64,000 bases of DNA from Oikopleura dioica (Eukaryota; Animalia; Chordata), in assembly GCA_907165135.1 (NCBI GenBank), contig OU015567.1, forward strand, positions 1 to 64,000, written 5' to 3'. Shown in pieces: positions 11,918 to 22,405 of this stretch. Every line of letters starts with the position of its first letter. Positions within the stretch are counted from its first letter, which is position 1. Made by a program: the position numbers and the translations under genes. The notes below the pieces were generated by a model that did no database searches, was not told the origin of the DNA, and saw only the letters and a list, made by a program, of their open reading frames with translations.

Positions 11918-14900
11918 TCATATTTCAGTTTCAAAGTCTGGAAGAAAAACAAGAACATTTTTCGCATCGGATGATTTGGAAATTTTTTCAGCAATTCTGT
12001 TTCGATAGATGCCTGTAAGATTGTCTTTGAACAGTTTTTAAATTTACAGGGTAAATCATAAAAAGCGCAAACAGTCTTTAGCTCGGGGACAGTTAGTTCG
12101 TACAACGTTCGCTCTTTTGCACTCTAAAGACCGCAAAAAAGAAGTTGTCCGTTTCTCGATTTACGCCAATTCGGATACTCTCTACGAATAGTTTCCTTCA
12201 CTTTTATCTGAAGTTTCGCCCTTGATTCCTCGAGATCAAAGTCCTGATTCATTTTAAAAGAATGAATAACAGAGAGTCTCTTGTTAATTCGTTCAGTTTG
12301 ATAAATATGCCATTTTCAACATAGGTCTCCTCTATGTCGTCTGTATTTTTCCATTTATCATTTAGATGTTCGAAAAAGTCAAGATCATGATTTTCCATTT
12401 TAATTAAAATTGACATGTTTTCCAAATTATTTTCAACTGTAAATTTAGCAATTTTTCGCTCGACAACGGAATCATCAGATCTTTCCCTTCTACGTTTTAG
12501 AGCAACTAACGGATCAATTTCGGGCAATTTATCGTACGATGTCAAATTAACAGAGAGCTCAGAATCAGAACTTGATTTCTCGGAATCAAGCACAATGTCT
12601 GATCTATTTCCTACTTGATTCAAATCAGGTTGTTGATTTCGATAAATTTTTGGTAATGGCATTTCTATCAAAAGAGTCGATGAGGATGAAAAATTATCTG
12701 GTTCTGAAGAAGAACTAGACCGCTCCCGATAAGGTTCCGATTGTAAAGACTGATCTGACATTTCGGAGGATAAAGATTCATGCGCTATTTCCGATTCTTT
12801 TTCTGTAGAGAAATTTTTCGCAAACCGACCAAGGAAATCCCTCGAAAAAAGACAATCTTCGGAGAAAAATTCGAAAAGCTCGAGATCATTTTCTTGTACT
12901 TTTGTCACAATCTTGGGGTATTTTTCAGCATCATTATTCGTCTCATCAGTTAAATTCCGCTGAGAATAACTTTTTATATGCTCTGCATGACGCCGAAATT
13001 CGTCCTTATCATTTTTAACAGTGTACCACAGGCCACTCGGGGATTTAAACGTAACTTCATAAGGACCAATAAATGGAGGGAATTTTTCGCGGAAATTTTT
13101 GATAAGAACTTTATCGCCTAAATTATATTCTTTGAACCGGGGATTATCAAATTTGTTCATTCTTTTTTGTTTTTCTTGTTCAATTTTTGCACGAATTTTC
13201 TCAAAATCAACGTCGATTTTATCTCCGTATGTTCGCCAATTAGGGTCTTGAAAATGATGACTGCTTTTTATACCAGTTTCTACACAAAATGGGGTTGTTC
13301 CGAGTACTGTATGTAGACTACTGTTTATTTCGTGAACAATTTCAAACAGAAAAATATCCCAATTCACCCAATTTGAACGAGCCCTAAGCCTGGCTTTTAT
13401 GGTTCTATTGACGTTTTCAACTTGCCCATTAGATTGGGGATGGCGCGGGGGAATATAATGCACACCAATTTTGTTTTCTTTCAAAAATTTTTCAATCAAA
13501 ACGTGTTCCTTCGCGTTATCTAAAACCATATATTTTGGAAATTTTGGATTTCTAAATAATACGCTTCGAAATTTTTGCAGTAAATAATCCGATTTTTTGC
13601 AAGATAAGGGCTCCGCATAAACTTTTTTGCTGAAACCGTCAATAACCACCATTACATATTTATGACCAAAATCAGTTTCTTGAAGTGGGCCGATTAAATC
13701 GAAGTACAAAATTTCAAAAGGGCCGCTTGGTGTTTCAGATTTACCTAAGGGAGGTTTGTTAGGCTGTAAATTTGGTTTTGAAATTTGACATTTGTGACAT
13801 GATTTAATAAAGCTCGCGACTGTGTTTTTTAATCCCGGCCAAAAATACTTTCTAGAAATTTTCTCGGCTGTTATATCGATTCCAAAATGAGAATGATCAT
13901 GATATTCGCTGCAAATTGTCTCTGTCAAAGCCTCGGGGACGCAAAATCTTTTTTGATATGCTGGAGAGTTTATTGCTAGTTCCCCGGACTCAAGAATTTC
14001 AAGGTCAGGTCTACGTAAAAAATATGGGTAAAGCTCACTAGCTGGGTTATTTGGCCATCTATCAATTTTAACGAAACGTCTTACTTGTGATAATACTCGG
14101 TCAGATTTTTGAAACTCAACAAATGATTCAGGGGTAAACTTTATTTGATTGATTGAACAATTTAATGTATTACGACTAAGGCAATCACTTATTTTCATTT
14201 GATGAGTTTTTCTTTGTTCAATTCGAAATGAAAATCCCTGAAGCTCAGTAAACCATCTTTGAATTTTCAAATTACTTGTCTTGAAAGATTGAGCGTATTT
14301 TACGCAAGAATTATCAGTAATCCAAAGAAAATCGACATAAGCAAGATAAGCTCTCCATCGTTCCATACATGTTTTCCCACTATATAGCTCTTTTTCCAAT
14401 GTCCCGTATTTTTGTTGTGCCGGCGTAAAATTTAGCGAGTGGTAAGCTATCGGTTGCAAGCAATTATGCGAATGATGGTGATCTTTATTTCGCTCCGCGC
14501 AAAGATAAAGAACTCCACCAAGACTATGGTTGGATGCGTCAGTCTCAAGTACAAAAACACCGTTATTTAGTGGGGGGATTTTGAGCTCCAGAGTATTATG
14601 GCAGATGATACTTTTGAGCTTTTCGAGTGAAATCGTCGCCTCTTTTGTCCAACAGAATGAACCTCTGTACGTTTTTGAAATTTCCACTCCCAGGGGTGCA
14701 AAATTTTTAATAAACTTTCTGTGCTGCGAAAGAAGTCCGAAAAGTGATTGTGCCTCCTCTCGGTTTCTTGGAATAGAAAGATTTTTAACCGCTTCGATCT
14801 TGTCCTGTGATGGCCGTATTCTCCCGTTAAAAATTTCAAATCCCAAAATGCATGCTTTTCGCTCAAAAAAACTCGCTTTGTCAATATTTATCCGTAAATT

Positions 14901-16379
14901 ATTTTGATCTAAAATTTGAAAAAATTTAGATAAATTGGCTAGGTGTTCCTCCTCTGTTCTTGAATGGACCACAAGATCGTCAAGATATGCGCAAATTTGA
15001 GTTTTTGGCGTGTCTCGTAAAATAACATCCATGCATTTTGCGAAATGAATAGGGGCATTTTTAAGACCCATGGGAAGCCTTTTCCAAGTAAATTGTCCGT
15101 CTTCAGTCGAAAAAGCTAGTTTTTCTCGCGATTTCTCATCCACGAGACACTGATGAAATCCTTTGCGCAAATCAACGCAAGAAAAAATAAGGCTATTTTC
15201 TAAAAACCCTAAAACATCCTCAATTTGTTGCAGCGGATGATGCTGCTGAAGCGTAAATGAATTTAATTTTCTGTAATCTATACACAGTCTGAATGTACCG
15301 TTTCGTTTTCTTACGAGTAACGCGGGGCTATTATAGGGTGAATTTATTCGCATTATTATGTCTTGACCAAGGTAGGACGTAAGAGTCCCAGTCATTACTC
15401 CCCGCAAAGCATATGGCGTTCTGTACATATTGCTACAAATCGGGCGATCAGTCTCAAGTTCAATCGAAAATTTTTCAAGGTTCGAGACAGGCAAATCATC
15501 GTCCTCGTCTTGAAATAAATGGGTATACACACCAAGAAGATCAAAAAATTTTGGCTGATTGTTTTTCGATACATCGCCTATTTTTAACCGCGAAAGAAGA
15601 AAATTAAGATCTTTTTTTGAGGGCTTTATGCACGCGATCTCAGCTATTTCTGCCAGTTTCGCAAAAGCCGTGCCAGCAGGAATTTTCACTGTAGAATTCA
15701 GGGGATTTATAACAAGAATACGAAAAAATGGAGATTCGGGATCAACTCTCTGAAATGATTCTATTAATTCGAGCTTCGAATTTTTGAGCTGGCTTTTTTC
15801 TAAAAAAAGGTTCATTGATCTGTTCAAATGAGGAATTTTCAAGTCGATTATTTGCTCACTTTTGCCTCTAAATGTGAAATTTTGTTCAGAAACGGCATAA
15901 AAATTGTCTTGCTCAATGTTATTTACTGTTGGGCTTTTTGATGAATTATTACATAAATTTGCCATACGCTCGATAGGACCAGATTTAAATAGACGATTAC
16001 GATGAAGATTGATCATTATTTCATTAGATTTCAGTGCTTCCGAACCGAGAATTGCCTCACAATTGTCATTTACAATATAAAATCGCGATTTACCCCACTT
16101 TTCCGTTTTAACATGAAAATCACATTCAACAAAACCAAGAATTTCAATACTTCCTCCACCATAGTTTTTAGCAAAAATATCAGGGGCTTGAATTTTAACG
16201 TTATCGGGAATAAATGATTTAGGCAAAAGATTAAGTTGGGAACCTGAATCGACGAGCATTTTTATTTTCTTTGAAAAAATTGTCATTTCTACAAAATATT
16301 GTAATCCAATGCGAAAAATTGAACAAGTTCTTGGAACTGGTGCCTGACCAGGGCTTTCAGTTCCATTTACTCGTTTTTT
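11918..16379 (-). CDS. pol: Element B pol polyprotein (PR, DUT-like region, RT, RNaseH, IN, C-terminal extension); frameshifts near the 3' end
   Basis: 1345-aa ORF with LVDSGS, YLDD, LETDAS, HxxxH..CxxC, DDE and GPY; the tail continues in 11866-12105 after apparent 1-nt homopolymer losses. Confidence 0.93.
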
Positions 16380-17472
16380 GAAGTTTCCTCTCCCTCGATC
16401 CGAGCAGCTCTGTAAATTCTATCGGGATTATCGGGACAAGCCGTTTTCATGTGGCCTTTTTTCTGACAAAAGTGGCAGGTAATAAAGGGGCAATGCGATC
16501 TAAAATGAGTGTCTGTGTTACAAAATCCACAAAATCGTCGAGGCCTTGGCCGATACGAATTCGGCGCGCCCAAATTTCGACTTTGAAAATTCCGTTGCTG
16601 GTTATTTTGGCGCGTCAAACTCTGATCGTTGCGGCGATCAACTTCTAATTTTGCAATTGTTGCCGTTAGTTTTTCAATTTGATCATGAAGCGCACACGCC
16701 CGTTTTTCCGCCGCCTCTTCTGATTTTTTCTGTTCAATTTTCAATTGAGAAATTTGGTCCTCGAAGGACATTGTCGATTTCGAAATTAAGTCAGAAGTCG
16801 ACTGAAAAAACGAGCCAAGTTTCGCGTCAATTTCGATTTGGGCAATTTTGGGGATAGTTTCATTACGTTTTCTTTTGTCAAGAAATTTGGATATTTCCTC
16901 GGGGGTTTTTTCAAGCATACACTGATCGCGAAGAAAATTCTGCAGTTCAGGCGTGAGCGATTTTCTAAATTGCGCGTCGATAATGTATTCTCTCGCGTCC
17001 GGTTTTTGCGTTATTTTCTCCGCGACTGTTTTAACACGTGACAAAAAAATCTCGAATTTTTCATTGTTCTCGCTCTTTCGGGCGAGATTTTCCATTTTTC
17101 TTTGTTTCGAAGGATTTTTCCTCGGGCGATTCGTCGCCAAAAACAGACGTCAAAAAGACAATTTTTCCTCAGCTGATTCAAATCCATAAAGATCTTCCCC
17201 GTATTCCCTAAGAAATTCGGGCTCGCATGAATTGTAAACAAAAGAACTTGAAAGGCGCGAAAATTGAGCCTCGAGGTCCTCCTTGTTTTCGGGTTTATTT
17301 TCCGCGAGAGATTTTTCAAAAATCCATTTTGCTCGCTGTAATTTGTCTTTAATTGTGGAATTAATCAAATTAAATTCAAAATTTCTCATTCCTAATCTTA
17401 TCATTTGATTCGGGGAAACAGAAAAAGCGCATGACTCTTGTACAGTACCTCTTCAGGAGTTGGGGTCACCAT
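16367..17472 (-). CDS. gag: Element B gag (two CCHC knuckles), split by frameshifts
   Basis: Pieces 17472-17401, 17404-17150 and 17140-16367; CGFCNTDTHFRSHC and CHFCQKKGHMKTAC; slippery AAAAAAC at 16379-16373. Confidence 0.88.
17458..17471 (-). promoter_or_regulatory. Primer-binding site of B, tRNA-Trp-like (TGGTGACCCCAAC)
   Basis: Directly follows the LTR terminal CA; resembles the complement of the eukaryotic tRNA-Trp 3' end (TGGTGACCCCGAC, from general knowledge; host tRNAs unknown). Confidence 0.7.
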
Positions 17473-18762
17473 GATACGGAAGCGGCTGTCCTGCAAGAAT
17501 TTTGCTCGATCTCTAACTCTAGAATGCCAAGCCAAAACAACGAGAATCAAATTTAAAATTTGCGTGGTTTTATTTGTGATTTGAATGACGGAAAAGGCGC
17601 GACGCGGGGTTAAATAGCAGCGAGATTCGATCAGTGTTTTTGAACAAGCGGTTGTTTTTGAAAAACAATTTTTCTTTCGAAAACAAGGAAGAGAGCCCGT
17701 GGCTTCTTTTAGCGGTTTTTCTTGCGGGAAATCCTTTCGGATCGATTTCTTTTCGGAAGAGGAGCTGGTCGAACTAGCCAAGCAAGTTATTTTCAAAGGT
17801 TTCGGGAGCCGGCGCCGCGCGTGACGAGATAAAACGCAAATTAATTATTTTTTCATAATAAAAGCAGAAAATAATAACAGCCACTTAAACTTCTCACTAT
17901 GTGACCGTAGAAGTGACTGTTAATTATGATTGAAATAAATAAAGGATGAGAAAAGTAAAAGAATATATACAAAATTTTAACAAATAAATTGAATAAAATT
18001 TGGTCAGGATTTTATAAAATAAATTTATCAAAATTGAAATCATAGAAGAAGCAAATTCCAAGGAACATACCCGGGGGAAGTTACTGTCGCGGTTCGCACC
18101 GTATCTTCTCTTACGGATGAGCTAGTTTGCGACAAGCGGACGCACTGACAGAGAGTTTGTCCGACCCCACGGCACCGAGATGATACGACGGTTTATCTGC
18201 TCGTTGGAGTTGTTGTTGTTGAAGAAGGTGTTGACGGCTGTTCTGTTGTAGACTTTGAATCGTATGTACTGTCAATAATCGAACTTTAAAATCGCAAAGC
18301 AATGATAAGAAATATCAATAAATAGATTAAACATGCGGTTTTGCGAATTGCATATTTTTGATGAATTGACGTCAGATCGCACTAGAATAGTCAGAAACGA
18401 ATTAAGATTTCTTCCAAAGTATGCGTACATACACATTAATCCTAGACTGAATAAACCCTTAATTAGTTTCCGACCCGTTGATTATGATGAGAGCATATGA
18501 GCATTCCAATGATAAAAATAGAAATCGTAAAGAGATGACATGATGATAAGACAATTTTGGGTCAATCTGGCTCGTAAAAACTGACCATCTTTTCATTTTG
18601 AGAAGAATATCGTGAAATGATTTTTGAAAAAATGTCTGATCAATTTGGTGATACCAAGCTGACAAGACAAATTTAAACCAACGTAGAACCGAATTGACGT
18701 AAATACTTGGCCGTGAAATAAATTTTTTGTGTTGCTTGAGGCGTTGTTCCCTAAGGATATCA
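17472..18762 (-). repeat. Element B 5' LTR
   Basis: Direct repeat of 10580-11868; visible differences are homopolymer lengths. Confidence 0.96.
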
Positions 18763-18767
18763 GTCAC

Positions 18768-19215
18768 ACTGTCAAGCCGCACAAAGCGGAACTCAGCTAG
18801 AGGATGAATTTATCATGCAACAGCTTCGTAGTAGTTGAAGAAGAATACCAGTTGAATAGTCCAATTGTCGAGAAGATGTCGTCGATTGAAATCATAGAAG
18901 AGTCAGCTTGATTCATCAAATAATATTTACCAGAGCAGAATATTGAAAATAAATTGTAAGCACTAGAATTTTTTAACAAAAACCGCCGAAACGGGTGGCT
19001 AATGTGCCTTTTGTGAGTGTGAAATAACGCCTACGTTATGAAGGAAAAATAGAGATTTTATGAACTCATGCATTATCCGAGATTTGGCTCCAAAATCATC
19101 AGAACAATTTTATCGTGAATTTCATGCTTGATCAACCTAATTGGCGTAAAATTATTTGTGAGAGATAAATTCAATTTTTATTTTTTTGTCTTAGTTCTTT
19201 CCCGTATTCGTATCA
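18768..19215 (-). repeat. Element A 5' LTR, upstream (U3) part
   Basis: Starts TGATACGAATACGGG on the minus strand; homologous to the first 450 bp of the D LTR; joins 10579 across the GTCAC TSD. Confidence 0.88.
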
Positions 19216-20243
19216 TTGACCTCGTTTTTGGCGATTCATGATAACGATGACCATCGAAAATATATTTTTTGGGTTTTTTCTGTTGGGTTTGAGAGGCTCA
19301 GACTCAACCAAAATAACGCTCGGAAGACGGCAAAAACGCTGCAAATAAAATAAGGGCAAAAACGAACTTTCAAAATTTTGACCTCGTTTTTGGGCGATTC
19401 ATGATAACGATGACCATCGAAAAAAATTTTTTGAATTTTTTTTCTGTTGAGTTTGAGAGGCTCAGAATCAACCAAAATGACGCTCGGAAGACGGCAGAAA
19501 CGCTGCAAATAAAATAAGGGCAAAAAACGAATTTTCAAAATTTAGACCTCGTTTTTGGGCGATTCATGATAACGATGACCATCGAAAAAAAATTTTTTTT
19601 TTTTGAATTTTTTTTCTGTTTGGTTTGAGAGGCTAAGAATCAACCAAAATGACGCTCGGAAGAAGGCAGAAACGTTGCAAATAAAATTAGAGCAAAAAAC
19701 GAATTTCAAAATATTGATCTCATTTTTGGGCGATTCATGATAACGATGAGCATCGAAAAAAAAATTTTTTTTTGATTTTTTTTCTGTTGGGTTTGAGAGG
19801 CTCAGAATCAACAAAAATGACGCTCGGAAGACGGCAGAAACGCTGCAAATAAAATAAGGGCAAAAAACGAAATTTCAAAATTTTGACCTCGTTTTTGGGC
19901 GATTCATGATAACGATGACCATCGAAAAAAAAATTTTTTTTTTTTGAATTTTTTTTCTGTTGGGTTTGAGAGGCTCAGAATCAACCAAAATGACGCTCGG
20001 AAGACGACAAAAACGCTGCAAATAAAATTAGAGCAAAAAACGAATTTTCAAAATTTTGACCTCATTTTTGGGCGATTCATGATAACGATGACCATCGAAA
20101 AAAAAATTTTTTTTTTGATTTTTTTTCTGTTGGGTTTGAGAGGCTCAGAATCAACCAAAATGACGCTCGGAAGACGGCAAAAACGCTGCAAATAAAATAA
20201 GGGCAAAAACGAACTTTCAAAATTTTGACCTCGTTTTTGGGCG
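19216..20243. repeat. Subtelomeric satellite, ~160-172 bp monomer (block 1)
   Basis: Tandem monomers GGGCGATTCATGATAACGATGACCATCG-A(n)T(n)-GAATTTTTTCTGTTGGGTTTGAGAGGCTCAGAATCAACCAAAATGACGCTCGGAAGACGGCAGAAACGCTGCAAATAAAA...TTCAAAATTTTGACCTCGTTTTT. Confidence 0.97.
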
Positions 20244-21316
20244 TGATAAGAATAGCGGAAAAGAACATAAAAATAAAAATTGAATCTTCCACTCACGGCC
20301 AGAATTTCGCCAATTAGGTTGATTTTGCATGAAAATCACTTGTTAAACGGACTGAAGATTTATGGAGCCAAATCTTTGGAAAGCATGAGTTCATCAAAAT
20401 CTATATTTCTCATTCATAACGTACGCGTTATTTCACATTCTCTGAAGGCACCTTAGCCACCCGTTTCGGCGGTTTTCTTTAATCTTTCTAGTGTTCAGTT
20501 TGTTCTCCTATATTTTCTGACTGGTAATTATTTTTGATGAAACAATTCTTCTCTTTCTTGATATCAACAACGATTCGGACTGCTTTGGAAATGCATTATT
20601 CTGCTCATAGGAAAATACTTCAATTGGCTCTCTTCTATGATTTCAACGGAGCTGTTGCATGAAATTCATCCTCTAGCTGAGTTCCGCTAACGCGGCTTGA
20701 CACTGTGACCCCGTGATCCTCGGGATGGCGGTGTCTGTAAGTGCTCCTAGGTAGGCAAAATCGATTGAACACTTTTCTGGCTCGCTTCAGGATTACTGAC
20801 CATTCTCCTCAAACCGACAGAACTGCAGCGTCAACGATGGCGGCGACTTCTCCAGCTACTACAACGACGACAACGACAACGCAATGGACTGACAATGATT
20901 ATGGAAATGGACTTGGACAAAGTAAAATAAAAATTGATAAAGAATTCTATCAAGAGTGATATGGCCACATAGTGGGAAGTTGATCTCTTGATATGATTTG
21001 AATTTGAAATTAATCAAGAAAAAAAAAAAAGATTATTACGAGCGTGGCGATTGCGGAAAATTTGATGTAACGAAAATAACAATTGGCGCGAAAGCGCCGC
21101 GTCATTATTGGAAACAACAACAAAAGCGCGAAATGCGCGAAACGCCTTATTTGGAAATATTTGCACCTGCCAAAAATTGCAAATCTGAAAATTTTGAATT
21201 TGAATTTCACTCTCTTCATAACCAAAATAATAAAAGCCACGTTTCGTATTTTGAAGCCTCATCCTTAGCAAGACGCAGTTAGATTAGAGAGTCAGTAATT
21301 AGAGTTATCTGCATCA
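20244..21316 (+). repeat. D1 5' LTR (~1.07 kb)
   Basis: TGATA...GCATCA; about five substitutions versus the 3' LTR. Confidence 0.96.
20664..20755 (+). ncRNA. Putative conserved three-way-junction cis-RNA motif (D copy; also 27473-27564, 29496-29587, 36300-36391)
   Basis: P1 CTAG-ct-GAG/CTC-CTAG, P2 CCGC/GCGG, P3 GACAC/GTGTC, junction GTAAGTG, then AG|GTAGG; compensatory changes in the other families. Confidence 0.7.
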
Positions 21317-22367
21317 TGGCGACCACTAGCGGCGACTCCAATTTCAAGGTAACAAAATGGCCCGAAGATTTTCTCTTTGCCCCATTTCCTTCCCTTAATT
21401 CTCGGCAACATTTTAGGCCCAATATGCTTTCTTACGAATTTCAAATTTCTAAAAGTAATTTGAGCGACAAAATTTCGGCAATGAAAAAATTGTTTTTAAA
21501 ATCAATCCAAGATCATAACCGAGGGGCCGATCAGACCGAATTAGAAAAAGCTTTTGAAAGACAAGCAGTTGACTGTATCCGAAACAATTGCTCTCATGAT
21601 TTCATTTGCAATCACGGGCGGGAAATGGCAAATTTGGAGACCGAAAAAAAGGCTTTTGAATTTTTAGAAACAGTTTTCGGCAAGGAAACTGAGGACGAAA
21701 AGCGGGAGCGGGCCCAAAATGAACTCGATAATATGGCTCGTCGGTCGGAAATGAATGAAAAATTTGGTTCTTATTTGACGAGAATTCGTACGGTTGCAGG
21801 AATTATTTCTGATAAACCGGACGCTGTTTCGTTTATCACAGATGCACATTTTATGAAAAGTTTGGAACCGGCCAACAAGTCATTTTTGCGGGATCATGGT
21901 TTTAGCAGAAAGAGTGCTCAGGAAATTGCCGATTTTTTGGATTCCAGAGAGCGATTCTTGAGTGTCAGTGTTTCCTCGATTGAAACGAATTTAGCGTCTT
22001 TTGTCGATCAGACAAGTGAAATTCTTGACTCAAGACTCGCTCAAATGGAAGCTAATTATGAACGCAAAAATTCAGAGCTTTCAGATATGATTAAACAGTT
22101 GACTGCGACTGTAGCCAAGCTTGAAATTGAAAAAAGGGAGAGAACTAGTAAGCCCGTACCCCAACCGCCCGCAGCCATCCCCCATATCCGTTTGGATATT
22201 CTCAAACGCCTCAGAGTAGCCCTTTCTGTCGCAATTGCAATCAATGGGGTCATACTAAACCCCGTTGCCCCAAGATTAAATGTTTTGAATGTGATGGGTT
22301 CGGTCACATTTCTAGATTTTGTTTGAAGCGTCGGGAGAAAAAGGAATCTGCTGAGCAAAAAAACTAG
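21316..22367 (+). CDS. gag: D1 gag (two CCHC knuckles); one frameshift near 22190 in a C-run
   Basis: Begins MATTSGDSNF; the knuckles CRNCNQWGHTKPRC and CFECDGFGHISRFC lie in the shifted frame (seen in D2 ORF 30946-31194); ends AAAAAAC TAG. Confidence 0.92.
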
Positions 22368-22405
22368 CTTTCGGGACAAATTCTGGTCAAATTTCAATCC
22401 CGAAA
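22358..22405 (+). promoter_or_regulatory. -1 ribosomal frameshift signal (A AAA AAC plus hairpin)
   Basis: Slippery heptamer 22358-22364 before the gag stop; stem TTTCGGGA/TCCCGAAA; pol opens in the -1 frame. Equivalent sites in A, B, E and F. Confidence 0.8.

Larger units (their letters stand above)
10580..18762 (-). mobile_element. Element B: full-length Ty3/gypsy LTR retrotransposon nested in the LTR of A
   Basis: Near-identical LTRs 10580-11868 and 17472-18762; TSD GTCAC at 10575-10579 and 18763-18767; gag and pol between them. Confidence 0.97.
4831..19215 (-). mobile_element. Element A: Ty3/gypsy LTR retrotransposon, 3'-truncated by the telomere, 5' LTR interrupted by element B
   Basis: Split 5' LTR (18768-19215 plus 10009-10579), PBS-like TGGTGCCC, gag, and pol with PR (FLLDTGSQL), RT (YMDD), RH and IN (H-H-C-C, DDE). 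The 3' end of pol and the 3' LTR are replaced by telomeric repeats. Confidence 0.95.

Noticed and set aside
19236-20296. Short ORFs in satellite blocks (also 28439-29128, 37403-38442, 50112-51477, 61874-63300)
   Set aside because: They are translations of the tandem monomer, and their frames change with homopolymer length.
20664-20755. Assignment of the LTR motif to hammerhead, HDV-like or TPP-riboswitch classes
   Set aside because: No CUGANGA/GAAA core on either strand, no nested double pseudoknot found, and GCTGAG occurs only in A, D and G.
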